Shown here in pieces: positions 38,037-49,659 of a stretch of DNA of 64,000 nt (position 1 is the first letter of the stretch; every line of letters begins with the position of its first letter). The stretch is from Macrostomum lignano (taxonomy: Eukaryota), in assembly GCA_002269645.1 (NCBI GenBank), contig NIVC01002229.1:57927-121926 (forward strand), given 5' to 3'. A program made the translations under genes and the position numbers. The notes under the pieces are model-generated. The model did no database searches. It saw only the letters and a program-made list of their open reading frames with translations, and was not told the origin of the DNA.

Positions 38037-41000
38037 ATGGCGCTACTACAGCTACAGCCGCCATCCGCATTCAGCATTAGCGCGGACCCCCCACACCGTC
38101 AGCAAGCGCTGGCAGCATCAGGAATCTCGGACGACGCCCAGAAGCAGGAAATCCTCCTGTATACCGCGGGAAAAGAGGTTGCAGACATCTTTAAAGAGAT
38201 CTCACAGACGCGTCCCGCCACTGACCAGCCGGAGCAGCAAACGCTTGACTCACTCATAGCGGCGCTAACTCAGCACTTTCAAGGACGCGACAATGTGGTG
38301 TTCACCCGGTACCAATTCCGCCAGTGCACGCAGCTAGACGGCGAAGGTATCGACAGCTGGTACAACCGACTGTGCAACGCGGCTGAGGCCTGCCAGTTCG
38401 GAGAGCTGCGCCAGTCCCTCATCCGCGACCAGATCGTCGCCTGCTGCCGCAATGAATCCCTCCGAAAGCGGCTGCTCAACGTGCCCAACATCAGCCTCCC
38501 CGATGCCCTCCAGCTGGCGAGAACAAACGAAGCAGCCAGCCAGCAAGCGGCAATCATGGAGCGCTCGGCAGCCGGACCAGCTGAAGAAGTACATGCGGCA
38601 CGCGACAAGCGCCCCACCAGGCGCCCGCCAGCCAGCCCGGCCGACAAATGCCTGCGGTGCGGAGAGCCCGGCCACCGCACTTGCAACCGGGCCCAAGGCA
38701 AGCGCTGCAGTAACTGCGGCAAGCTGCACCACCTGGCGAAGGCCTGCCTAAGCGGCCGCGCACGCATTAACATGGCAGAGCCTGAGCCAGAGGAACCAGC
38801 AGTGGCGCACCTGGCGGAGGCGGTATTCTCCAGCCTCGACTCCAGCCGCAAAAGCGCCACCTTCAAAGCGGTCATCAACGGCGCGAACGTACCCGTCCTG
38901 ATCGACAGCGGTGCGAGCTGCAACGTGCTCAGCCAGCGGACCCTTCATCTAACGGGAGCACCCGAGCGGGCGCTTCAGCCCACGCACACGAGGGTCTATC
39001 CTCTCGGAGCAGCGAGGCCCCTGACACCCGCTGGCCAGATCACTCTTCACACGAAGATCAACGGCAACTCGGAGAGAGTGCGCTTCATCGTCATCAGAGA
39101 GGACTGCATCACCATCCTAGGCCGCGAGACAAGCACGCAGGTGGGGATGCTGAGGGTCGGACCGCAGGCCGAGACAGCTCTCACCGCCGGACTGACACCA
39201 ACGGTTAACGACCTGTACCTTCCGCAAGACTTGCGACTGTCATCGATCATGAAGGAGTTCAGCGACAGGTTTCAAGGAATCGGTTGCATCAAGGGCGTCT
39301 CAGTCAGCATCCAGCTGAAGGAAGAAGCGGTGCCAGTCTGCCACCCTCCGTCTCGAGTTCCAGTGCATCTTCGAACCGCCGTGGAAAAGGAGCTGAAGGG
39401 CCAGCTAGCAGCCGGCATCCTGGAGCGAGTGACGGGGCCCAGCGCTTGGAGTTCACGCATGGTGGTCGTTCCAAAGGCCTCGCCAGGCGAAATCCGCATC
39501 ACGCAGGACCTGAGGGACGTCAATAAGTACGTCATTCCAGAAAAGCAGCCAATACCGACATTCGAAGAAGTCACCGACGAGATGGCCGGCTCCACCTATT
39601 TCTCCGAACTAGACGTTGCCAAGGCCTTCCACCAGATCGAGGTCAGCGAGGAGTCCCGGCAGCTGCTCACTTTCTCAACGCCTCTGGGCCTGCTCCGCCT
39701 CAAGCGCCTTTGCATGGGATTTACCTCAGCATCTGAAATCCTAGAGCGCGTCATGACATCTATCCTGAGCGGTTTGAGAGGCGTGCGGTGGGTCCATGAC
39801 GATATCATTATCTTCGCCAGCACCATAAAGGAGCACAACGAGAGGCTGCGCAACTGCCTTGACAGGCTGCGCCAACACAACGTGACTCTGAACCCCCGCA
39901 AATGCCGCATTGCAACCCAGCAGGCCGACTTCCTGGCCATGCGCCTCTCGGCGGCCGGAATCCAACCGACCGAGGAAAAGCTGGAAGCTGTGGCCAACTT
40001 CAAGCGACCAGAAAATGCAACGGAGGTGCGGTCCTTTCTCGGACTCGTCACATTCGTAGCCTGCTTCATCCCAAACCTCGCCGACAAAGCGAGGCCACTT
40101 CGAGAGCTGACCAAGAAGAACGTGAAATGGTCGTGGGGTCCACAGCAAGCCTCAGCCTTTCAGACAATCAAGCAGTCGATCGCTCACAGCACCACGCTTG
40201 CCTTCTTCAGCAAGAACTGCGAGACCAGGCTGATCGTCGACGCCAGCCCGACCGGCCTCGGGGCGATCCTCGCCCAGGTGCAACCTGGCGGCCTCACCAG
40301 GCCAATCGCCTACGCCAGCCGCAGCCTCAGTGACACCGAGCAGCGCTACTCGCAAACAGAGAGGGAGGCGCTGGCCGTCAAATTCGGGTGCCTCAAGTTC
40401 CACCACTACCTCAGCGGCTGCCCAAAGTTCAAGGTCATCACCGACCACAAGCCGCTGGTCAGCCTGCTCAGCCCCGGCTCGCGGCCCCCGCCACGGATCG
40501 AGCGCATGGCACTTCGGCTGCAGGATCTCCACTTCGAAGTCACCTACCAGCCGGGCGCAGACAACCCGGCAGATGTCCTGAGCCGCCAGCCACGTCCAAC
40601 ACAGCCGAACAACCAGGGTGAGGATCTCGACACGGCTTACATCGCAATGACAGCACAGGCAGCAGCACCGAACAGCATCAGCCTCGAAACGATCAAGGTT
40701 GCCGCCGCAGGCGACAAGGCGATCCAAGCCGCCGTATCCGGGCTCCGGTCCCGTCGGTGGCAACTCGATAGCCACGACACGCGCAGCCTGCACGGCCTGC
40801 GGCACGAGCTCTCACAACACGACGGACTCCTGCTCAAAGGGCACCAAATCGTCGTTCCTGCTATTATGCGCTACCGCTGCCTGCAGCTGGCGCACCAAGG
40901 CCACCTGGGTGTCCAGAAAACATTGGCACGCCTCCAGACAAAGGTCTGGTGGCCCTCAATGCGGGCCTCCGTCGAGAACTTCGTAAACTCCTGCCTCAGC

Positions 41001-41567
41001 TGCAAGGCCTGCACGAACACAGCCGAATTGAAGGCAGCCCCACTTCAGCCGACTGAGCTGCCGCAGGGGCCGTGGCTAGAGCTGGGCCTGGACTTCCTGG
41101 GACCGATCAGAGGCCACATGCTGCTGGTGTGCACCGACTATTTTTCACGTTTCCCACTGGTACAGACGATGTCGGGGTCGACAGCGGCAGCTCCGGTCAT
41201 CCGAACCCTCCGCCAGTGGTTCAGCACGTTCGGCCAGCCAGTCAAGATCACCACCGACAACGGCCCGCCATTCTCGTCCGCAGAATTCAACGCCTTCCTG
41301 CGCAGCCAGGGCGTCCACCACCATCGGACTACGCCGCTGCATCCCCAAGCCAACGGACTCGTAGAGCGATGCAACCGAGGCCTCAATAAGGCAATCAGAG
41401 CGGCGATTCTGGAAGGCAGCGACTGGCAGGCGGCACTGGACGACTACCTGGCTGCATACCGGCGAACACCGCACGCAGAAACCGGCATGGCCCCAGCCGA
41501 CCTGCTATTCGGCCGACAGCTCAACGACACGATCCCCAGCTTGCTTGCGCCACTCCCGGCCGGTTGA
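38037..41567 (+). CDS. Gag-Pol polyprotein (Zn knuckles, protease, RT, RNase H, integrase)
   Basis: CLRCGEPGH...CSNCGKLHHLAKAC; LIDSGAS; VHDD; VDASPTGLGA, YASRSL, YSQTEREAL, TDHKPL; HQGH...CLSC; LDF, TDNGPPF, NGLVER. Confidence 0.95.
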   Translation: MALLQLQPPSAFSISADPPHRQQALAASGISDDAQKQEILLYTAGKEVADIFKEISQTRPATDQPEQQTLDSLIAALTQHFQGRDNVVFTRYQFRQCTQLDGEGIDSWYNRLCNAAEACQFGELRQSLIRDQIVACCRNESLRKRLLNVPNISLPDALQLARTNEAASQQAAIMERSAAGPAEEVHAARDKRPTRRPPASPADKCLRCGEPGHRTCNRAQGKRCSNCGKLHHLAKACLSGRARINMAEPEPEEPAVAHLAEAVFSSLDSSRKSATFKAVINGANVPVLIDSGASCNVLSQRTLHLTGAPERALQPTHTRVYPLGAARPLTPAGQITLHTKINGNSERVRFIVIREDCITILGRETSTQVGMLRVGPQAETALTAGLTPTVNDLYLPQDLRLSSIMKEFSDRFQGIGCIKGVSVSIQLKEEAVPVCHPPSRVPVHLRTAVEKELKGQLAAGILERVTGPSAWSSRMVVVPKASPGEIRITQDLRDVNKYVIPEKQPIPTFEEVTDEMAGSTYFSELDVAKAFHQIEVSEESRQLLTFSTPLGLLRLKRLCMGFTSASEILERVMTSILSGLRGVRWVHDDIIIFASTIKEHNERLRNCLDRLRQHNVTLNPRKCRIATQQADFLAMRLSAAGIQPTEEKLEAVANFKRPENATEVRSFLGLVTFVACFIPNLADKARPLRELTKKNVKWSWGPQQASAFQTIKQSIAHSTTLAFFSKNCETRLIVDASPTGLGAILAQVQPGGLTRPIAYASRSLSDTEQRYSQTEREALAVKFGCLKFHHYLSGCPKFKVITDHKPLVSLLSPGSRPPPRIERMALRLQDLHFEVTYQPGADNPADVLSRQPRPTQPNNQGEDLDTAYIAMTAQAAAPNSISLETIKVAAAGDKAIQAAVSGLRSRRWQLDSHDTRSLHGLRHELSQHDGLLLKGHQIVVPAIMRYRCLQLAHQGHLGVQKTLARLQTKVWWPSMRASVENFVNSCLSCKACTNTAELKAAPLQPTELPQGPWLELGLDFLGPIRGHMLLVCTDYFSRFPLVQTMSGSTAAAPVIRTLRQWFSTFGQPVKITTDNGPPFSSAEFNAFLRSQGVHHHRTTPLHPQANGLVERCNRGLNKAIRAAILEGSDWQAALDDYLAAYRRTPHAETGMAPADLLFGRQLNDTIPSLLAPLPAG

Positions 41568-42027
41568 CGCCAGGCGACAGACCGTCCGCGGCCACGACTC
41601 CAGGGCGAAGGAGCGGATGAAGGCCTTCGCCGACAGCAAGAGGGGCGCCACCGACCACCAGATCACCGTAGGCGACCTCGTACTCCGCCGGCTCACCAAC
41701 CGCAGCAAGACCGACCCCTTCTTCGAGGCCTCGCCATGGACCGTGACAGAAGTCCGCGGCAACACCCTGCAGCTCCAACGGGCCGGCCAGAGGTGCTCCA
41801 GGCACGCCAGCCACGTCAAGCGAGTCTCCCAGACAGCCGACGAGTGGCCGGGTGACCCCGGAGAACGCGACAGCGAACAGGACAGCCGGCCGGATGAACC
41901 AACCGGCCCGCCCGAGCCAACCGGCAACCAGGACGTCCCACTCGCCAACAGGCCGCATCCCCGACAGGCCAAGGAGACGCCGAAACGCTACGAAGAGGGA
42001 GACCGGCGAAAGGCTCTGGACATCTGA
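41545..42027 (+). CDS. Integrase C-terminal tail, in the +1 frame relative to the main ORF
   Basis: AKERMKAFADSKRGA...ITVGDLVL...PWTVTEVRGN...RHASHVKR, typical of a gypsy integrase tail. Confidence 0.75.
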   Translation: MRHSRPVDARRQTVRGHDSRAKERMKAFADSKRGATDHQITVGDLVLRRLTNRSKTDPFFEASPWTVTEVRGNTLQLQRAGQRCSRHASHVKRVSQTADEWPGDPGERDSEQDSRPDEPTGPPEPTGNQDVPLANRPHPRQAKETPKRYEEGDRRKALDI

Positions 42028-42804
42028 CAGCTGGCGGAACAGCAGCAAGGACTGATCATTGACTCTAATGACTGATACTGATTGCTCGATCGCGCGTAAC
42101 ATGAACCCAACGTTGTACCCAACCCCACCCCGGGTTCCAATCCACCAGACGAGGGATGTAGCATGCGCAGGCAGGCAGTTCGGGTACCTAGTTTGCACTC
42201 CGTGACCCCCACCCAGCCTATCCACTTCCCTCTGCTCGAGCACATCCCAACGCGCACTCAATGAACCGGAAATCTGTGTTCTACCAGACAATAAATATAC
42301 AGGCACAGCCACATTCTATTTCTTCACCTTTTTGAGTGGCTAACTAACACTCGCAACAACCAGCTAGAGTTGCTCGCTACAATCTGTTCCTTTTGTCATT
42401 AGCATTTATTTCGTAATTAAGACATCATGTTCTCTACAAGTTTTACATCTACAAGTTTTCCCGTAATTTTAAAAAAGATAGAGTAATACCAAGTTACCAT
42501 AAAATAAAAGCAACAGTTTTACAGAAAAAAAGAAAATAAATTAAATATATTCCAAAAATGCTGAATACAGGAAAAATGTAGTTAAGGAATTCGAAAAATA
42601 AATTTAAATACATTTTTTACTCAAAATTCATTTTAGATAAATTCCTATTTCCTAAACCTAACCTTAAATTTTCAAAAAAAAAATTAAATTAGCAGAAAAA
42701 TTTGATCCACTAAAATTTTTTTATTCGATAGTTCTACGTGGTAGTATCAATGTGAAACTATTCCAAGTGACGCAAATTAATATCAAGAATTTGCATTCGA
42801 ACTC

Positions 42805-42811
42805 TATAAAA
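42805..42811 (+). promoter_or_regulatory. Putative TATA box
   Basis: TATAAAA ~95 bp upstream of the signal-peptide ATG at 42902. Confidence 0.4.
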
Positions 42812-42901
42812 GAAAGAGAGGTTCAAGGCTGCCGAATCAAATAATTTTCAACGATCACAGATAAGTCTAGTAAAACAAATTCTTGAAGCAAAAAAGCAAC
42901 C

Positions 42902-43548
42902 ATGCAATTCTCAACTCTTGCTCTGCTCCTTCTCGTTGCTGTTTCGAGCGTCGTCGGACGTAAGTCTCTAATCTCTAGATTAGTATGAACCAAATTTTAT
43001 ATGTGTATTTGCATAAAATTTATACCGGGCTTTGCCTTTAGCTACTTTCAATCTACGTCAGTGAGTGCCTACTCGTATTTCCAATGCAAAATTGATATTG
43101 ATTGATAGATTAACTAGTAAACTACTAGGTTAAAGACTTTAGCAAATTATTAACTTTTTACGCAATCATTTACCGTTCGCTTTATAACTTCGCTGTATTT
43201 TGCAAGTACAAACAATAACACAGAGTTCCCATCTTAGTTTAATCTATTTATCTAATAATTCTTTACACCTAGACCGCTATGTTGAATAGGTGTGTGCATT
43301 TATAAAGCAAGCATTCTCCAGCTACTTAGATAGAATGCATCTTAATTTGGTCCGTTATACCAGGTGACAGTTTGACTCGACTCGCTGGCTTAACGCGCAC
43401 TGGTGATCTAGGCGTTGCTGAATTTAGCACACTCGCGCCCCCACCATTAGTGCCGGGTAAGTGGTTATCCTTTTCTACGAAACATGCAAATTAGCTGCCT
43501 AAAAATACACCGAGTCACACTTTTTTGTTCTTTCAGCGCCGTCAGGGG
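42902..43548 (+). CDS. Candidate small secreted-protein gene with micro-exons, truncated by transposon X copy 3
   Basis: Exon 42902-42959 encodes MQFSTLALLLLVAVSSVVG (signal-peptide-like) with a GTAAGT donor. Further candidate exons: 43042-43056/43060, 43273-43289, 43364-43456 (open in phase 1, GTAAGT donor) and 43537 onward. Introns are 82, 74 and 80 nt with pyrimidine-rich acceptors. Confidence 0.55.
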
Positions 43549-44187
43549 CCCAGTGGCAAAGCCGTCGAGGGCCGAGGTCGGCCACTCGGCATCCGATCGG
43601 CCATGCTAAAGTCGGCCAGCCGACGTCGGCCCGAACTCGGGAGAACCGCGCGTACGGTCCAAAATGAATCAATTAAGCAAAATTTTCATACGATAATCAA
43701 TTCGATATGATTAGAAATGAACACTGAATAAATATAAATAAATAATTTACACTGAAAAAGTGACTCTTTGCAATAAACAAAAACAACGCAATCATACAGC
43801 ACTTTTGATCCACCATAAAAGTGAAATTTGCTTTTTACACATAAAAATTGTGTTTTGGCTCAAATAGTTTGCTCATTGAGTTAGGAAGTTTGAGTTTTAT
43901 GGATTATTCTCCTTCGAGACGATCAAGAAGTGCATGCGTAACAGATACGGAAAGTTCAAAGTACTATATTTTAATAAATATATATTTGAGCAATTAACCA
44001 GATGGAAGAACATAGCTTAGTTCGTAAAAATATAAATGAATAAATAACTTTTTTTAAAATTTACGTAGTGCATAGTTATTGCTCATTTTTCCCCTTTGAT
44101 TTGAATATTATTGCTCTCGTGTGGGCCGCGGCCCTCGCCAGGTGGTCAAGTCGGACGTGGTTTTATTAGCTAATAGTAAATTGTAGT
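43549..44187. mobile_element. Family X copy 3, left half
   Basis: Starts CCCAGTGGCAAAGCC, is collinear with copies 1 and 2, and stops at AATTGTAGT. Confidence 0.75.
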
Positions 44188-44713
44188 GGGTGCACGACAA
44201 TTGACTGCCACAATTTGACTGCCACAATTTGACTGCGGACAATTTGACTGCCGAGCAATTTGACTGCCGACAAAATGACTGCGAACAAAATGACTGCGGA
44301 CAAAATGACTGCGGACAAAATGACTGCCGACAAAATGACTGCCGACAATTTGACTGCCGACAAAATGACTGCCAACAAAATGACTGCCGACAAAATGACT
44401 GCGGAAATTTGACTGCCGACAAAATGACTGCCAACAAAATGACTGCCGACAAAATGACTGCGGAAATTTGACTGCCGACAAAATGACTGCGGAAATTTGA
44501 CTGCCGACAAAATGACTGCGGAAATTTGACTGCCGACAAAATGACTGCGGCAATTTGACTGCCGAGCAATTTGACTGCCAGCGAAATGACTGCCGGAAAA
44601 ATGATGCTCCTAAAGTTTAGCACTCTGTCAACCCTTTTAAGTCTATGCATGTAGTGAAATATTGTATTTACGAGCTAGAATGATGCAGAACAGAACACAT
44701 AACTTTTATACAA

Positions 44714-46500
44714 CAAGCTGTAACAGCTGTTGAAACCCGCGGATTTTGAACAGTGGGAAATGGGAATTCCAATCTTAGGAACTATTTTGCATATATTCTA
44801 AAATCTGAAGTTAAACTCAAGCAAAAACTTTTATTATTAGAGTTAAACATAACATAGATTACATTCGTGTAAAATTAGGATTGGAGGCAAACTATTGATA
44901 TTGTTGGCTGGGGTGCGGCGCAGAATGTCAGAAAAACTCTGGCCTCTACTTCTGCCTCTCGATCCCTATGTTCCTTGCATCCTTTGAACCTTCTATCTTC
45001 TCTTCTGTTTTCTCACTTCTCTCTCGTCTCTGCTCTCTCATCTCCCCTCTCTCATCTGTCATCTTTACTCTCTTATACTGGTGTTGTGGCCTGCGCCACA
45101 ATGACCTTCTCATCAACATGCGAACCGCCCGGTCTGGCCTAGCTCAGCGGCTTTGGTTTTAGGCAGCCGGCGTGTGCTCTGATTGGCTGGCTGGGCCGGC
45201 AGACCCTCGCTTTTCTACCCCCCGTTCGTAAAGCCTTACCCAGCGCATGCTTTGATTGGCTGGGCTAGGGTGGGGTGCTCGCGGTTTCTGTTGTGTGAGT
45301 ATTTGCGCTCAGGCCGGTTTGGCCCACTCCCCCATTTTTTAGCATACTATTTATTAGCTGGCTTGGAGCCGGCCGGTGACACGCGGCTTGGTTTTTGCGG
45401 TTAGAGCTACACCAGCAACTGAGTAAGAAAACTATCATAAAAGTACAAAACTGCACGAGCCCAGTAAACTATCGGAACACTTCGTAGCAAGCTAATCCGT
45501 GCCACCCGGCGTCTCCAAGCTGCCAGAACAGTTACTACGGCCAAATAAACTGCGTTGCATGAGTCGGTTTGACCCCGCCCGGTGAGCTTAAATTACGTTT
45601 ATTCGGGTTGCGTTCGCGTTTTTTGGGGCTCTCTGCACGTGTCTTCCCTCCATCCTCGCCGCCTCATCGCTTCACCTACTCACCCCCTAGCTCACCTGCA
45701 CTCTTCGATTGGCTTGGAGTGTCTGTACGCCCCGGCCAATCCTTCACATTCACCTCGTTTCACATTCACCTCGGTGACTCCCGGGCCGGCTCTGAGTGGC
45801 TATCCGCTCCGCTGACCGCGGCAGTACCCCGAGCCTTCCGTGACCGAGGAGTGCCTGTGCGCCCCGGGTCGCATCTCTCCCTCTTCCCCTCGGAGTGGCC
45901 ATCCGCCTCGAGGAGCGCCAGTCGTTCGCCTTCTGTCCATCCCTCCGCCGCGCCCCGGGGCAGTCCCGCACCGAACCCGCTACCCGGGGAAAACAAAACG
46001 ACCGGGCTAGACGAGATCGCAGCCCGCGAGTACAACACTGGTATGTTCTCTCACCTCTCTCCTCTGTACTCTTCTCTTTCCCCTCTTTTGACTCCTCTCT
46101 TTCCTTTCTCCTTTCTTGCCTTTTCTTTTCTTTTCTTCTTTCTTCTATACTCTCTCCCTCTCTTGTCTTTTCTCTTCTCTCTCTGCGCTCTCCTCTCTCC
46201 TCTCATATATCGCGTTCACTCTCTGACTCTCATCTTTGCTCTCTCACCCCCTCTCATCTTTACTCTTCACTCCTGTGTACCTGTCACTTCACTCTTTCCT
46301 TCTGACTCCTCTCTTTCCTTAGTCCTCTTCTTTTCCCTCTTCTATACTCTCTCCCCTTTATTCACTTCTCTGGTCTCTCTGCACTCTGCTCTCTCCGCCT
46401 TCATCTCTCATCTCTCATCTCTCCTTTTATCTCTCTCATCTCTACAATCTCTCCTTTCCCCTGTCTTCTTTTTCAACTTCTCTCTCATCTCTCTCTCCTC
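44714..46500 (-). mobile_element. 3' fragment of the 27572-31207 Helitron family, inside Z
   Basis: 44714-45060 is the reverse complement of 30870-31207, including CAACAGC...CTTG|T, followed by a CT-rich tract. Confidence 0.7.
45082..46037. mobile_element. Solo LTR (956 bp)
   Basis: TGTTGT...ACAACA termini, 4-bp TSD CTGG/CTGG, internal AATAAA near 45543. It interrupts the CT-rich tract. Confidence 0.8.
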
Positions 46501-47353
46501 TTTTGCATAACGAGAATGCGCCTAGCAAGCTTTGCCTCAGTCATTTTGTCGGCAGTCAAATTGCTCGGCAGTCAAATTGCCGCAGTCATTTCGCTGGCAG
46601 TCAAATTGCTCGGCAGTCAAATTGCCGCAGTCATTTTGCTGGCAGTCAAATTGCCGCAGTCATATTGTCGGCAGTCAAATTTCCGCAGTCATTTTGTCGG
46701 CAGTCATTTTGTTGGCAGTCATTTTGTCGGCAGTCAAATTGTCGGCAGTCATTTTGTCCGCAGTCATATTGTCGGCAGTCATTTTGTTGGCAGTCATTTT
46801 GTCGGCAGTCAAATTGCTCGGCAGTCAAATTGTCCGCAGTCAAATTGACCGCAGTAAAATTGTGGCAGTCAAATTGTGGCAGTCAATTGTCGTAGACCCA
46901 ATTGTCACCCGACGGCAGTAGGCTAGGCTGGGAAAAAGATCAAAAAATCTCCAGGCTAGCCTGGGAAAAGATCTTCTGTTGATCTTTCTTGTATACGTTG
47001 CCTGGAAAAAGATCATCTTTGCCTAAATGAATTAAATATATAAGAGCCAATGCAGAAAGAAGCGAAACGCATATTTGCTTGATATTCGCTTAAAATGACA
47101 GAAGTTTAAATCGAATTTTTCTCCTAATTTGAATTGTATATTTCTACGAAACTCTGTTTCGAAAATGTTTGCCAACCCACGCTGGCATGCTATATAGCAA
47201 ATTCTATTATATTGCAAATAGAAGTTGGATTGTACTTTGTGTAGAAGTGAACTATATACTAAGCATACAAAATGTTTCCAAAAAACTATTATTTTAATTG
47301 TTTTGCATAGCAAGCTTAGTAAAAACTATAAAAAACAATTAGAAAGCACTAAC

Positions 47354-48051
47354 CAAGGACGACTTAAGTAGAAGGACGGGAAACCTCGTTTCTTAGAAAG
47401 TTTTTGAAGGCACTTTTTCCCGAAAAAATACACTGCGGAGATAGGAAATTTTCATTTTTTCAGCACAAAAATTGCTATAACTTTTGATAGGAGGCAGATC
47501 CAGTGTTCATCTTTTGATATGTTGTGCCTTTTTTATTGCTCTATCGATATTGATAAAGCTTTTCGTTCAGAAAATCAGGATTCTATGTTAATTTTTTATT
47601 CTACGTATATTTCCTGTATCTAAAAATCACAAAAATGCATGACACAGCTCCAATATTTGGTTTTATGAACCTATTTTATCATCTCTGTTACAAATATTTG
47701 CTACACAGTCAGTTAAGAATGATAAAATAGACTCATAAAACCAAAGAGCCGAGCCGTGGCATTCTAATGTATTTCAAGCACAAGACACGCGAAAATATAC
47801 GTAGAATAAAAAATTAACATAGAATCCTAATTTTCTGAACGAAAAGCTTTATAAATATCGATAGAGCAATAAAAAAGGCACAACATATCAAAAGATGAAC
47901 ACTGGATCTGCCTCCTATCAAACGCAATAACAATTTTTGTGCTGAAAAAATGAAAACTTCCTATCTCCGTAGTGTATTTTTTCGGGAAAAAGTGCCTTCA
48001 AAACTTTTCTAAGAAACGAGGTTTCCCGTCCTTCTACTTAAGTCGTCCTTG
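47354..48051. mobile_element. 698-bp almost fully palindromic MITE (P-like)
   Basis: CAAGGACGACTTAAGTAG...CTACTTAAGTCGTCCTTG; 8-bp TSD GCACTAAC (47346-47353 and 48052-48059); arms ~320 bp. Confidence 0.85.
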
Positions 48052-48469
48052 GCACTAACATTAACAAGCTAGCTACTGACTCTATAAATTGATGCTATCG
48101 TCAATATCAGATATAAATGGCTATATAGTATTTAATTAGTAGCATGCTAGCAATAGACCATATGTCTGGCACTGTGCCACTGTACAACATTCTAAATCCA
48201 GTGCTTTAATGTAAAGAGAGCTATATATAGAGTATTACAATTATAAAGCTATACTATTAATAAATTCTAAAGCCCTGTAGTAGTATAAAGCTATACTACC
48301 ATACATAATAGCTGGATACAGTATTGGAATAGCATAGCTGGATAGGCTGTTAATTTATTTGGGCTTTTATAGCTACAGTTTCTATTATTAAAAAAATGTT
48401 TAGGTGTATAGAAACTACAAGCTATTATATATAGTTGCGGCCCTATATCTCTAAAAACTATATCATAAG

Positions 48470-49530
48470 CCTAGCCCCATCCCTAGTCCTGACCCTAGCC
48501 CTAGATCTACTTAGCCCAGCCTTAACTTTACCAGCCGTAGCCATAGCATTAGACAAAACTCTAACAATAGTCTTGGCCTTGGCACTAGCTTGGCTATAGC
48601 CCTAGCCTAGCCCTACCCTAGCAATAGCCCCAGCTTAGCCCTAGCTTGAGCTCAAGCCCTAGCCTAGCCCCAGCTCAAGCTCTAGCTACACCACAGCCCC
48701 AACAGCCAGTTAGTGTGGTAGCTCAAGCACCAGCCCAGCCCAGCCCTAGCCCTAGCCTACTCTATCCTAGCCCCTACTCTAGCCCTAACCCTAGCCCCAG
48801 CCCTAGCTCCTCCCCTAGCCCTGGTCTTAGCCCTAGTGCTTGCTATCCCTGCCCCAGCTCTGGCCCTATCACTATCCTAGCTACAGCCCCTAGGCCTAGC
48901 CCCAACCCTATGCCCTAGCCCTAGCCCCAGCCCTAGCCCCTGCCCTAGCCCTAGCCCTAGCCCCAGCGCCAGCCCTACCCACCCCTAGCCCCGGCCCTTG
49001 CCCCTGCCCTAGCCCTAGCCCTAGCCCTACCCCACCCCAGCGCCAGCCCTACCCCATCTCAGCGCCAGCCCTACCCCATCCCAGCCCCTGCTCTAGCCCC
49101 AGCCCTACCCCACCCCAGCCCCAGCCCTACCCCACCCTAGCCCCAGCCCTACCCCACTCCAGCCCCAGCCCTACCCCACCCCAGCGCCAGCCCTACCCCA
49201 TTTCAGCCCCAGCCCTAACCCATCTCAGCGCCAGCCCTACCCCACTCCAGCCCCAGCCCTACCCCATCTCAGCGCCAGCCCTACCCCATCTCAGCGCCAG
49301 CCCTACCCCGCCCCAGCCCCAGCCCTACCCCACCCCAGCCCCAGCCCTAACCCATCTCAGCGCCAGCCCTACCCCGCCCCAGCCCCAGCCCTACCCCATC
49401 TCAGCGCCAGCCCTACCCCATCCCAGCCCCTGCTCTAGCCCCTGCCCTAGCCCCAACCCTAGCTCCTGCCCTAGCCTTGGCCCTAGACCCCCCCCCAGCA
49501 CTGGCCCTTTCACTATCCTAGCCCCAACCC
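48470..49530. repeat. C-rich degenerate hexamer (AGCCCT/AGCCCC) array grading into ~22-bp units
   Basis: Direct inspection. Confidence 0.9.
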
Positions 49531-49659
49531 CAGCAGAATTCTACTTCTTTGACTCCTGCACACCTGCACCCCTACACTCCCTGCACCCCGTGCGCTCCAC
49601 ATGTACTGTTTGTATTTTTATGAATGCTTTTTACTTGTTGCTTTAATCATTAATTCCTC

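Larger units (their letters stand above)
37789..42381 (+). mobile_element. Full-length Ty3/gypsy LTR retrotransposon (Mag-like), 4593 bp
   Basis: 225-bp LTRs at 37789-38013 and 42157-42381 (TGTAGC...GCTACA, one visible mismatch); TSD ATCTG/ATCTG; PBS TGGCGTCAC at 38015; PPT GACGAGGGA. Confidence 0.95.
44188..46899. mobile_element. MULE/foldback-like element Z with long TIRs of 15-bp repeats (AAATGACTGCCGACA)
   Basis: Ends GGGTGCACGACAATTGACTGCC and GGCAGTCAATTGTCGTAGACCC. Arms at 44188-44600 and 46520-46899 are inverted. Flanks AATTGTAGT and AATTGTCAC match only partly. Confidence 0.75.

Noticed and set aside
43273-43289. TGT-TGA read as Cys-selenocysteine in the micro-exon gene
   Set aside because: No SECIS was identified and the 3' UTR is not locatable; a stop or skipped exon is simpler.
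44108-46921. Repetitive ORFs (QSFCRQSN..., SHFVG...)
   Set aside because: Translations of the 15-bp TIR repeats of element Z.
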